64,000 nucleotides of DNA from NCBI GenBank assembly GCA_030324005.1, contig JARDVH010000042.1:61275461-61339460 (forward strand). The letters run 5' to 3'. The position numbers and the translations under genes were made by a program. This DNA is from Negaprion brevirostris (lineage: Eukaryota). The notes under the pieces are model-generated. The model searched no databases and was not told the origin of the DNA. It saw nothing but the letters and a program-made list of their open reading frames with translations. Each line of letters starts with the position of its first letter. The stretch's first letter is position 1. This document shows positions 51,092 through 62,074 of this stretch, in pieces.

Positions 51092-53800
51092 CTCTGGAAA
51101 CCGTCTGATCATGGAGAGTTACTTACTTGTTCATCTGCTGTCTCATCATAAACAAGAAACCAATCATCTCTGCAGTGACAACAGACTTTTATCAAAGGAC
51201 TTTTTCCTTATGTTTTTTGCCCAGTGATTTGGGTGGTTGTCTTATGTGGGTATTTTTGTTTTTATTTCGTCAGTCTTCATCTTGAACCTATGCTTCATCA
51301 GAAATTTGTGTGTTCATATTTTGAAGTTGGAAGAGGGACCCCTTGTCAGGGTAATGTATGAAACAAAAACTGTTCACTTGACTTCAACCAAATCAAGCAG
51401 CAATTTTAACGAGAGGGTTGATTTTGTTCCAGCATGTGGAAGGCAGGAATATTGTATGGCGCTTGGTGATAACCTCAGAACAGTTACAAATCAAGAATGA
51501 ATTTGTCTACACAGGAGCTGCTTTGAATAGATCTGTAGTAACTGCATAGCCAGGTATTTGGTCTGCCAACTGGAGGACCCAAGACATGATTGTCACTGTC
51601 CTAACAAATGAAGAAACTTGAGGAAAAAAAAACATACAGCAAATTCTGAATTGTACATTCACCCTTCATTTGTCTCAGTTGAAGACATCTGCACAGAATT
51701 TTCAGTATTAAATTTTATGCTATCCTTATCTGTCTTTTGGAAGTCACTGTCCAGAGGTACTGTGGAAGGAATGGATTGATTCAGCAGCTGGTAATTCATG
51801 GCTGTTGCACTGTTGCAATACACACAACATGAGACAGCTGTAGACATTCATGTGTGCAAACAATACTTGCTTTTTTACCTCCTAATGGAGAAGCAGTGTA
51901 GTAGAAAGGGCAGCATGTGCTTATTATATGATATTATGACATGTTTGTAAAATGTAAACTGTGCTTCCTGATGTATTGTTTGGACAGATTAATGCTGAAT
52001 GTTCTGAGAATGAAGGAGGTAAGAGGGGTGTCATAATCATGCCTTTAAATGTACTACATGGTAAGACACCGTGTGAAGCTGTGATGGTGGATAAAGAGAA
52101 AAGTGCATCTTGAAGAAACTAATTGGGCCTAAAAGGATTTTAGGCAAGTCCTGGCTAGCTTCAATGCATCCTGTACTGCCAGGATACTTGGATGCACTAA
52201 GTCCAATCCATAAAGTAGCCCTTGATGAAAAGCTAACATAAGAATGTGAAATAAGTAGGTCGGATAATATTGCCTTTTGCATTTAATGGCTGTGGTACCC
52301 AAACTGTGCAGTTGTATGTGAAACATTCCTTTCTTATCGTAATCACAGCTGTTCAAAGACTTCATGCTGGAGATGGGTCAGGTACTTTCCCAATACACCC
52401 TTGAAGTGCCTGCATTTTGAACCAACCAGCTATTCTATAGAACATCTCATTCTGATTTCCATCCTCTGCTCAACAGTTTGTTTCCACAGACGTTTAAATA
52501 CAATGTTGTGCAGTGTTTTATCAGCTGTTTTATACACTGTTTTTAGTTTCAATCTTGCGCTGGATATTCTTGACTTTTTTTGATCAGCAATGTTAAGTTC
52601 TGGATTATGTCTGATGCAATGTATTAAGTTCAAATAATATGTTGCATGCAAACTTCTTAGCTTTTGGGTTAGAAAGACTGGAAGNNNNNNNNNNNNNNNN
52701 NNNNNNNNNNNNNNNNNNNNNNNNNNNNNNNNNNNNNNNNNNNNNNNNNNNNNNNNNNNNNNNNNNNNNNNNNNNNNNNNNNNNATATGTTGCATGCAAA
52801 CTTCTTAGCTTGTGGGTTAGAAAGACTGGAAGACGAGGCAGAATATTTTAACATGAAACTGCAAATCATAATGGCAGGGAACCACTACTATGTCTGCAGT
52901 ATTTGACCAAATCCTTTTTTTTCTTTAATTACATAATGTGTGTAAATAAGTACAGTATTATTTCTGTACCTTAAATTTGAACATCACTTTCAATTTATTT
53001 TAATTGGTAGCATTGTTTTGCCTGTACAGTGTGCACAACGTGAAGTTGTCACAAATAGCAAAGAAAGTGTGTTGTATATTAATGTAATTATGGACTGTAA
53101 TCTTTACAAATGAATCCATCACCTTTCGTTCACTGCAACGAAGACCAGTGCATCCACTGCTTATCGGCAACGTTTCTAGTGCTGCATTTTACACCTGAGA
53201 AGAAGTTTCTTTCTGGCAATACAAGCTGGTCGTGGTTGGAAAATGCAGCTGGGTTCAGTTTAGGCCAACAATTTTACGCAGTCACCGCTTTTCTGTCAAT
53301 ACTAATAAAGTGAAATCTGCCTGACTGTACAAGTGATGTAATACATCCCTGTTTCCCAATATGTAACTGAAAAAAATAAAAGTAGTTTTTTTTAAATTAG
53401 ACTGGCAATGTTGTTTGTCCCAACATTTAACTGTTGTTGTATCTGACCATGCATGTCAGAAGCTCAAACTGTTCATTGTTTTTTGATTCTGTATGCAGGT
53501 AGGTGTTGAGCGTTGACTTGAATTTAATTGATTTGAATTTGTTCATGCCTTCCTTCCTGCTTTGCTGATTGACCAAAGTATTAATGAAATGAATAACTGT
53601 GTTTTTTTAAAATTGTGCTCTGAAAGTGAACTGTCATATATATAAATGTAGTAATACATGCACTGTACATTGTATGGTTTGAAAGCCAAACTATGGAAAT
53701 CACTGAGCAGATGCTTTTTTGCACTGGCAAAATATTTGATATATTGTTTACTGTAATATATTGTAATGAAAGTGCTAAATTAAAAAAGATTTTTTAAATG
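51092..53800 (+). other. CSNK1G3: CSNK1G3 3'UTR (about 2.7 kb, end approximate)
   Basis: AU-rich tract after the stop with no recognisable TE. It contains AATAAA at 53304 and 53375, ATTAAA at 53779, and a Pumilio-type TGTAAATA at 52941. Confidence 0.65.
53779..53784 (+). terminator. Candidate distal polyadenylation signal ATTAAA (proximal AATAAA at 53304-53309 and 53375-53380)
   Basis: Hexamer preceded by several TGTA motifs (53640-53765), as typical of vertebrate poly(A) sites. Confidence 0.5.
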
Positions 53801-55066
53801 CCCCTTTAAATTATGTGAAAAGGATAAAGAAAACCACCAGAAAAAGAGCAAATCTGACACTTAAGTGGCAACAAAATGTGGCCATGTGAAATGTGGTTAT
53901 TTCAGAAGGTGCAATGAAAAATCACATGAACATGAGCAGGGTGCTAAAATGAAAATGAGTTAAGGATTTCATAGAAAAATCATTTGCAAATAGCAAGCTG
54001 AGGAATTCAAACAACATATTTGTACAAGAAAGTTAGATATTTATTAGAGCCACTAAAATGTTTCTCGTAATTCGGTGTTCGGAAGAGCACTCAGAGTCAC
54101 TGGAAAACAAGCCAGTAAGCTTCCAAGGCCAGAGGTCAGCAGAATCAAACTGAATGTTCGTGATTTATTGCTTGTTTAATGAATTAATGTGTTGTGCCCT
54201 TGGTAAGCTATTTTGTATGGCGTCACTTCCACCGTTGGCTTATTACCTTCCACAGAATAATTTGTAATCTCTTACAAAAGTTGATACGACAAGACTTTTT
54301 GTTTGTTTTACATATGTTATCAAAATCATTCTTTAGCTAATATACAAGGTAATTAAACATGTAAAGATGCACAAAAAGAGTTGACAGTATTCAGTTCATT
54401 GTAACTACAGTAAATTAAACTCTTCCTCAGCACCACTGATTGGAAAGTGTAGGGCTGTAACTTCCAGGTTCCCCAGCGTTGGATTTGGTGGTACACTGAA
54501 CTGCGCTGGGAATCGCTCTCAAAAGTTCCCAGGCAAGCATTTTTATGGCAATAAAGGCTGGCCTAGTCCAGTGACGCCCACATCCCATAAATTCATGTTT
54601 AATATTGTCCAGAAGCACTAACTTCCCCTGGGTAATTGTGCTGTGCTAGGAACCATCTGAAAGTGGAATTTAAATTATTAACTTTGGATGGTTCCACCAG
54701 GGTTACAGTAACAGCTACTCTGGAAAAGTTAGACTTAAAACCACCTTTCTGGGGAAATGCCCAGGTCGATCCCTGCATGGCCCCTCCGCCCCCTTCCCCT
54801 CCGCCCCCCCCAACTNNNNNNNNNNNNNTGAGGAATGATTCCACCCCCATTATATTCTCCACCCTGCAAACCTCCACGGGACCCTGTTTTTCACCCCTTC
54901 CCTGCCTGATCAGACCCACCCACCAGTATCCGAACTCCTTAAACCTGATCTCCGAAAACCAGCCCCAACCTGTTCCTGTGTGTCCATCCAAACAACTCAC
55001 TATTTCTCTGGCCTGTCAGTTTCAATGGGATGTTTGAACTTTACAGCAACCAGAGCAGTAAAAATA

Positions 55067-55420
55067 GGGAGGCGATGGCCTAATAGTGTTATCGCTAGAC
55101 TATTAATCCAGAAACTCAGCTGATGTTCTAGGCACCCGGGTTCAAATCCTGCCACAGCAGATGGTGGAATTTGAATAAAATAATAAGTATCTGGAGTTAA
55201 AAATCTCCAACTATCGTCAGTTGTTGTTAAAACCCACCTGATGCAATATTGTCCATTAGGGAAAGAAGTCTGCCATCCTTGTCTGGTCTGCGACACTAGA
55301 GCCACAGCAATGTTGTTGATTCTCAACTGCCACCTGAAATGGCCTAGCAAGCTACTCTGTTAAGGGCAGCTAGGAATGGGCGATAAATGCTGGCCCATGT
55401 CCCACAAATCAATTTTTAAA
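55067..55420 (+). mobile_element. tRNA-derived SINE with LINE-derived tail (GGGCGATAAATGCTGGCC)
   Basis: A box tggcctaatagtg and B box gggttcaaatcc. Tail shared with the LINEs at 8922 and 42880. Confidence 0.85.
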
Positions 55421-55699
55421 AATTCCTTCTCTCTGACTCTCTTACACTTCGACACTGATGACAGCTGCGCCACCTGGATCTCACCCAGTCTGAGTCGCAA
55501 GGTCAACAAGGAAGGTATGGAAGAAATTAGGCACAGCTATCTGGGCATGGAGTTGCAATTCAATGGCGATGATTGCTATTATGAGGAAGTTACAGCATGT
55601 AGTTATCCAGATAAGTAGATTTTTTTTGTTCCAACATTTTGACTGTTATTTTACATTCAGTAGTTTACTGCCGTGTTGCTATCAGTCTGAGCAACAGTT

Positions 55700-55892
55700 G
55701 ATGAAAGCAAATTACTGCGGCTGCTGCAATGTGAAACTAAAAGAAAATGCTGGAGAATCTCAGCAGGTCTGGCAGCATCTGTAAGGAGAGAAAAGAGCTG
55801 ATGTTTTGAGTCCAGATGATCCTTTGTCAAAGCCACCTTACAGATGTTGCCTGACAGACTGAGATTTTCCAGCATTTTCTCTTTTCGTTTGA
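55700..55892. mobile_element. Inverted pair of Penelope-type terminal repeats (hairpin)
   Basis: gaaaatgctggagaatctcag...gcatctgtaagg paired with ccttacagatgttgcc...ctgagattttccagcattttc. Confidence 0.8.
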
Positions 55893-58154
55893 GCATCAAT
55901 TGACATTGCAACATAGTTAGAGTTCTTGGTGCATGTTGTGTGTTTTTAAATAAATCTTTAGTTGTTGATGTATTTAAGTTTCTACAGACAAAAAGTTATT
56001 TAATTATTTTCTTGCCAAAATTGGCTTTCTGATCAAATATTTTCCCATTTCCATTATCAATTTGTATCTGTGATATTTATTACAAGATCAATTTTTTTAT
56101 CCATATTCCGTTAAGCTGTACAACTTGTATTGTGCTTTCCTGGATTTATATCACGTTACCAAAACAGCTCAAAGAAACAGCAAAATGAGAGAGCAGAGTA
56201 GGTTATAAATAAGTGTTCATGGATTCATTAAAAAAAAATAAGCACCACCAAAGGATGAGGTCTATGAATTTCTGTGCTGGTGTGTGATATGAGAATAGCT
56301 AGATTGTAAAACAATATTTTCATTGATTAGTCTGAGATACTGCCCTACATTAATAGACAAACAAGGATATTCTGCATTCACATTGTGATATTCTGTTTTG
56401 AAGGGTTTCTTTTTATTTCCATTGAATGATGCTCAGAGAAATTTGGAGACATGCATAATCATGTGAATTAATATGGAATGCACGCCCTCAATGTAAGTAC
56501 ATAATAGCAAATAATAGGTGTTCTGATGTGTGAACTGTCTTCTGTTTCCTCCAGTGCAGATAAATTGCCTGAAAGAGCAATGTTTTTGAAAATTACACAT
56601 GGTAAATCAGATGATACTCCATTTAAAATGATAGGAGTGTATTGTCATGCAGTGTGCAATATGTTATTCTAGTACCGAGGTGAAATTCTACCCTCAAAAG
56701 GGCACAAATTCAATACCGCCTCGTATCAATTAGAGTGTAATTGCTGTTTTGGTGAGTCAGCCAGTGAAAATGGTAACTCCAGAGATTAGAATTTTTTTTA
56801 GTGTTGCTTTGCATCATGTGCATTTAGTGTGCAGCATTGTTCTTTAATGTACTGTTGAATTTTCTCTGATATGGAGATTTATCAGATATATTTATCCCAA
56901 GTCACGTGCAACATGTTGATTTATGGTAATAAATAAATTGATAGTTTTGTTATACATCATTGGATATTAGTGGTATTTAATTCAAAGATTATGTCAAATT
57001 TTGCAAATTGGTTGCATGCTTTTTTTCATTGATTTTCATTTATTTGTCTAAGCGGCTAGATTTATTTCCAGCTTTTAAAAGCAGTGAACGTAATGAAAGC
57101 TTGTAGGGAAGATGTTCATAACTGAAAGTAGATACTACAGTGAGCTTCACTAGCTTACTAGCATTGAGAAGTTGGTCCTGGCCTTTTGGAGCACTGCATA
57201 ATGGGTGGCAGGACTAAGAGTAGATGGTCTGGATTAGAAATGGGGAGTCATCTCATGACTCTTGTTTCTTGTGAGCATTGCGGAATGGTAGTAAAATCGA
57301 GAGCNNNNNNNNNNCTTGATTGAAACCTGTGACGGGAAGAGGGAAAAAAAGTCCTCAGTACAACACAGGTGCAGGTCCTGGAACACCAGTTTTAAGGGAA
57401 GATTGCTTATTCTGGAGTAACCAGGGAGGGCTGGTTGTTGGTTCTGAGAAAACCGGAGAGGAAGACTGCCAGAGTGTGAGGTTATTGGAGTGATTTTGAA
57501 ATGTCTCACCTCTGACAAGCACTCTCCAAAGAATGGGAGGCAAGTTGCGACCGGCATCTTCAAATTTGGAAGTGGCTGACAGGCAAATTCCTTATCCTCT
57601 GGATTCCTTGAGCATTTCCAGCACATGCCATGTCTTTGTCTTCTTCTGCCTTTGAAGTGATGCTGAACTGTGTCCAGAAGAATGATATACCAGAAACCAT
57701 GATGACACTGTGCCAGCCAAGAGTCTGATCCCTTACCTTTTATCCCCACTTTTCATTATTCTTGAATCCCTTTTTTGGAAATAGTTCAAATTCACCTCTT
57801 CCAGTGGCTTAGGGTGCAAGTTACCTCTTGTCACCCCACCTCTGTGACTTGAGTCAGGAGAATAAAGAAGAATGTCCATCCCTTGTTTTCTGGGCCCTCA
57901 GTTTTCATTCCATTGTAAATGCTACATCCTTTAGATAAAGAGCAGTCGCAAATAATGTGACCCAGGTCTCTGAGAACCAACGCCATTAAGAACAAACATT
58001 AATAACACTTCCTATCATTATATCAGAAGAGAAAGATATGCCCAATAGACAGAGTTGTCACTAGGGAATGGCACATCAAGGCCACTGCCTTTGGCCCCAT
58101 GTTTTGGGGAACCCTGTGTTTTGACATCATGGTCTCAGATGTAACACTAATTGT

Positions 58155-58780
58155 GGGGAGGCAGTGGTGTAGTGCTATTGTTGCTGGACTTGTAATCTAG
58201 AGGTCTAGGAACCCAGGTTCAACTCCCGCCTTGGCAGATGGTGGAATTTGAATTAAATGAAGATCTGCAGTTAAAAGTCCAATGATAATCATGAAACCGT
58301 GGTTGGTTGTCCGAAAAACCATATGATTCACTAATGTCCTTTAGGGAAGGAAATTTGTCCTTTGGGGCAGCATGGTGGCACAACGATTGACACTGCTACC
58401 TTATAGTGCCATTGGACATGGGTTCCATTCCATCTTGGGTCAGTGTCTGTGCAGAGTCTACATGTTCTCCCCAGGTCTGCATGGATTGCCACCAGCTGCT
58501 CTAGTTTTCCTCCACAGTCCTCAGATGTGCAGGTTAGGGGGATTAGACAAGGTAAGTGTGCAGAGTGAAGGGATGGGCATAGATAAAATGCTGTTACGGA
58601 GAGTCAGTGCAAACTCGATGGGCCGACTGGCCTCTTTTTTGGCATTGTAGGGATTCTCTGTGCCTCCAGATGTACAGAAATGTGGTTGACTCTTAAGTGT
58701 CTTCCGAGTTGGCCCAACAGTTCATGGGCAATAAATGCTGTCCTAGCTAGTGATGCCCACATCCAATGAATAAAAAAAAA
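58155..58780 (+). mobile_element. tRNA-derived SINE (55067 family) split by a nested V-SINE
   Basis: 58155-58362 and 58662-58780 together align colinearly with 55067-55420. Confidence 0.8.
58364..58661 (+). mobile_element. V-SINE (HE1-like), tail type A, nested
   Basis: ggggcagcatggtggcac...catgttctccccaggtctgc...gatgggccgactggcctc...gggattctctg. Confidence 0.82.
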
Positions 58781-59049
58781 CTTTGCACTCATCAGCATGT
58801 GCATTCCAAATGTGTGTTTCTTTTAGAAAAAGATCACTGTGCATCATGAGACCATAGACACCTAGGATGTGAAGTCTTTAGTCTTGAGCAGAATTGTACT
58901 CAACACGGGGACAGGATCAGAAGCCAGTGTTGGGTTGAAATTTGAGTGGGTGTGGCCATTCATTACCAGTTTAGTTTGAAAGCATTGGTTTAATTATACA
59001 AAAGAGTGACCCTCTTGTTATTTAAAATACAAGGGCTGGTACTGGCAGA

Positions 59050-60370
59050 GCCAAAGACAAATGGGGAAGTAGCAGCTCAGGGGTTGGAGAAAAAGCAGAG
59101 GTAAAAAAGAGAGAAGAAATGGGTAAGATCCTGAAAGTTTCAGTGGAAAAGTTCATGTTTTTTAAATGCTGCAGCTCATGAGAAAAATGCTGAATTGATG
59201 GACTCCAGCGAATGTACCGCAGCTGAGGACGAGGACATTAATGGAAAATGTACACAGATTGCTGGAATAGCCAAAATTTCTGATGCTGTTTCCACTGAGG
59301 AAGGAATATATGATCCAGCAAATTGGTTTTATTTATTTGACAACAAGGTGACGTTCATTTTTGTGGCCTGTGGGAATAACCAGTAGCGGCTGTCTTTCAA
59401 TTGGCCCTTTTCGGAAGACTCATACACATGGAGAATGCCGAATGCAGTGTGAGCTGAAAGAAACCAGAAGAGAAAATGCTGTAAAACCTCAGCAGGTCTG
59501 GCAGCATCTATAAGGAGAGAAAAGAGCTGACACCGAGACTCCGAACATCAGCTCTTTTCTGTCCTTCAAGATGTTACCGGACCTGAGATTTTCCAGCATT
59601 TTTTCTTTTTGGTTTCAGGTTCCAGCACCCGTAGTAATTTGCTTTTATAGAGTTGAAAGAAATTGGCTGGTGTACTTGAAAAGAGCTGATGCGTCTTTTT
59701 GCTTCTGCTACAAATTGCACAGCTTAAAAACAGCACACAAATGAGTAAAGGGAAGCTATGGTGATGCGAAGCATCTCCATGACCGATTTATGATCTCAAC
59801 AATTATCTGATGAGCGTATTCAAATTGCAAAAAAAAGGATTCAAATGAAGTGAAGATTCTGTTCAATAAAGGTAATAGATGAGTACTGACAAAGAGAAAT
59901 GAACGCAAAAACCCACTGCAAACCATGTCGACATGTATTATACCAAGCTGAACATAACACAACATTTCTTGGAATAAATGGAAGGCTTTGTGAACTTTAC
60001 ATAGGCAACTTTCTGGGATTAATAGGATTGATTTAGAAGTCATCGCAATGATGCAAGAACATGTCTGACTCATCAAAAGCGCAGAACTCCATGACTGTTA
60101 TCTCACACCTTGGATTCAAAATGAGCTCATCTCTAATGGCATAGAAGGTGAAGAAAAAGATTAGTGAAAAGGTGGTTCTTTAGTGTACTCCTGGTCTGAG
60201 TCACCAAGTGCTGTATGTTGATGTGACTTCTGAAACAAGTGAAGGTACAGGAGAATTTTATTGCCAGACTTCCAATTTGAAGCCGCTGAGGATTGTTGGA
60301 TTCTCTTAAAACCATACTGGATGTGCTTAGCCTCCATATTACTGTTTGTAGGGGACAAGGATGTGACAAT
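59050..60370 (+). mobile_element. Decayed hAT-superfamily DNA transposase (ZMYM1/Tip100-like)
   Basis: In order: FCFCYKL (TTF zinc finger-like, 59698), GNFLGLIGLI (60004), YLTPWIQNELI (60099), WFFSVL (60173). Many stops. Ends not defined. Confidence 0.65.
59457..59648. mobile_element. Inverted pair of Penelope-type terminal repeats (hairpin), nested in the hAT relic
   Basis: gaaaccagaagagaaaatgctg...gaaaagagctga paired with tcagctcttttc...cagcattttttctttttggtttc. Confidence 0.8.
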
Positions 60371-61084
60371 AGGGCAAATATCGAGAATCAGTAATGAGGC
60401 ACACAGGCAAACACCCTTGATGTCATGTACAAAATGCAGCAGTCAGTTTCCCCAGGTCTGGCTCCCACAAACAGCAACATCCTGCCCCCAAGAACTGCTG
60501 GCCACTTAGAATCAGGCAGCACTTGATACTGGCAGTACCTTGGGGAATGTTGGCCGTTGCCAGTCCTGGAATGGGACTCACTCGAAGGATTGTCGGAGGA
60601 GACCCCAGACCAAGATGAGTATGGCAGGATTGCTAAGACCATTTGAAAGACCCTCCACAAGGAGGGTGAAGGGAGCCAGATATTAAGGGTGGGAGATGGC
60701 ATCCCGAGGCCCCATTTATTTCCATTAGTGGGACCCCTTTGCTGGACTTGGGGTACTGGCGAAAGAAGGATGCAGCAGTGAGAGACAGTCCCATGTTGGA
60801 GTAAGTGTTTATCTAGGGTGGCACTGGTTATCGGTTTACTAATTTACGTTGTACACTACTGTGCTTGCTCTGTCATGTGCGAATTATATTTTCATTTTTA
60901 GATTTGATATGTTTGTGGCACTACATTGCCTCAGACGATGACCGCACCGTAAACAATACCTGCTTGCTCTACACTTTAAACTAACTTAGATGGAAGCAGC
61001 TTAGCAGCACAATTAATAAAGCCATTAGGACAAAATAAGTCTCTCCGACCATGTACTCCCTGAAAGTGAGGAGCCGACTGCTGG

Positions 61085-61245
61085 GTCGAAATCCTGAAGC
61101 ACATCCACCAGCCTTCCCAAAAGCACTCTGGACCCACATAGATCACTAACTCCAGTGGTTCAAGAAGTAGCGCACCATCACCTGGACAGCAATTGAGGAT
61201 GGACAATAAATGCTGGCCGAGTCAGATATGCCCACATCCCATGAC
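61085..61245 (+). mobile_element. LINE 3' tail fragment
   Basis: ggttcaagaagtagcgcaccatcacc...ggacaataaatgctggccgagtcagatatgcccacatcccatga. A shorter tail lies at 54545-54600. Confidence 0.75.
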
Positions 61246-61469
61246 TATATCTATCTTTAAATCTTGTTCACAGTAGCTACAGATATTCAAACTCACAGGG
61301 CCTTGCAGGCAGGAGCATATCCCAGCGTTTTGCTGCCTTCATTGTCATTCCCGGTTAATTCCATGGCAGTGCCATTGGGATTCCCAAACTGAGTTCCACA
61401 GGACTCAATCCAGGCTTTCTGAAGGAGGTCTGACCAAATTAACTTTTAAGAAAGGGTTCTCGAACACAT

Positions 61470-61627
61470 TCTTTCGATTGGCTACCGATCGGCATACTTG
61501 TCAACCTATCCCTAGCCAATGCAGTGAGAAGCCAGCCTTTGGATGAGCCAGAAATACTGGAGAAGTCAGCTTAAGTTCACAGGCAAGACCGAGAATGAAG
61601 ACAACCGGATGGCAGAGCAAGGTGAGT
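61470..61627 (+). promoter_or_regulatory. Candidate promoter/first exon of an unidentified downstream transcript
   Basis: Two oppositely oriented TAGCCAAT boxes (61477, 61516), local CpG enrichment, and a consensus donor AAG|GTGAGT at 61622. Confidence 0.3.
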
Positions 61628-62040
61628 CACAACTACTGGGGAGGTGAGGGCTGAAGGGTACTGATGAGNNNNNNNNNNGGCCGCGGCGGGGGGGGGGGGA
61701 GGAGGGGTGGTAAGGAGAGTGTGCTGTGTGGGTTGCTTTTGGCCCTGAGTCTGTGTGCGCATGTGTTTTGTATGTTTCTACTTGATGCATAATCATTTTG
61801 TGTGGTTTAACCCTTCAATGTAATAACGTTTCTTACAGTTTCTGGTAAGGCTTGGGAAACTTTGCCTTGGATAATCTTGGTTGATTTCCTTGAATTTAAG
61901 CTAAAGCATGGCAATAAACTGTTTCCTGGTGCATTCTGCATAGCAATGGCTCGACCAGTTGGTGTCCATCTGTCAACCAATCAGCACACTCTTCTCATGC
62001 AGTATAAATTGTTCCCTTTGCAATTGGTATCTTGCAAATC

Positions 62041-62074
62041 TGTCCTGATGAGTGCAAGACAAAAAGCTTTGATA
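62041..62074 (+). ncRNA. Decayed minimal hammerhead-like motif downstream of CCAAT and TATA boxes
   Basis: UGUC-CUGAUGA-GU-GCAAG-AC-(A)AAA-AGCU-UU-GAUA, with CCAAT at 61977, TATAAA at 62003 and AATAAA at 62145. Confidence 0.5.

Noticed and set aside
52637-52832. ~47-nt direct repeat (atatgttgcatgcaaacttcttagc...gaaagactggaag) in the 3'UTR
   Set aside because: The copies sit on either side of a 100-N gap, so this is most likely an unmerged contig overlap rather than a real duplication.
55067-55160. tRNA-like A/B boxes (also at 32371 and 58155)
   Set aside because: These are SINE heads followed by SINE bodies and tails, not tRNA genes.
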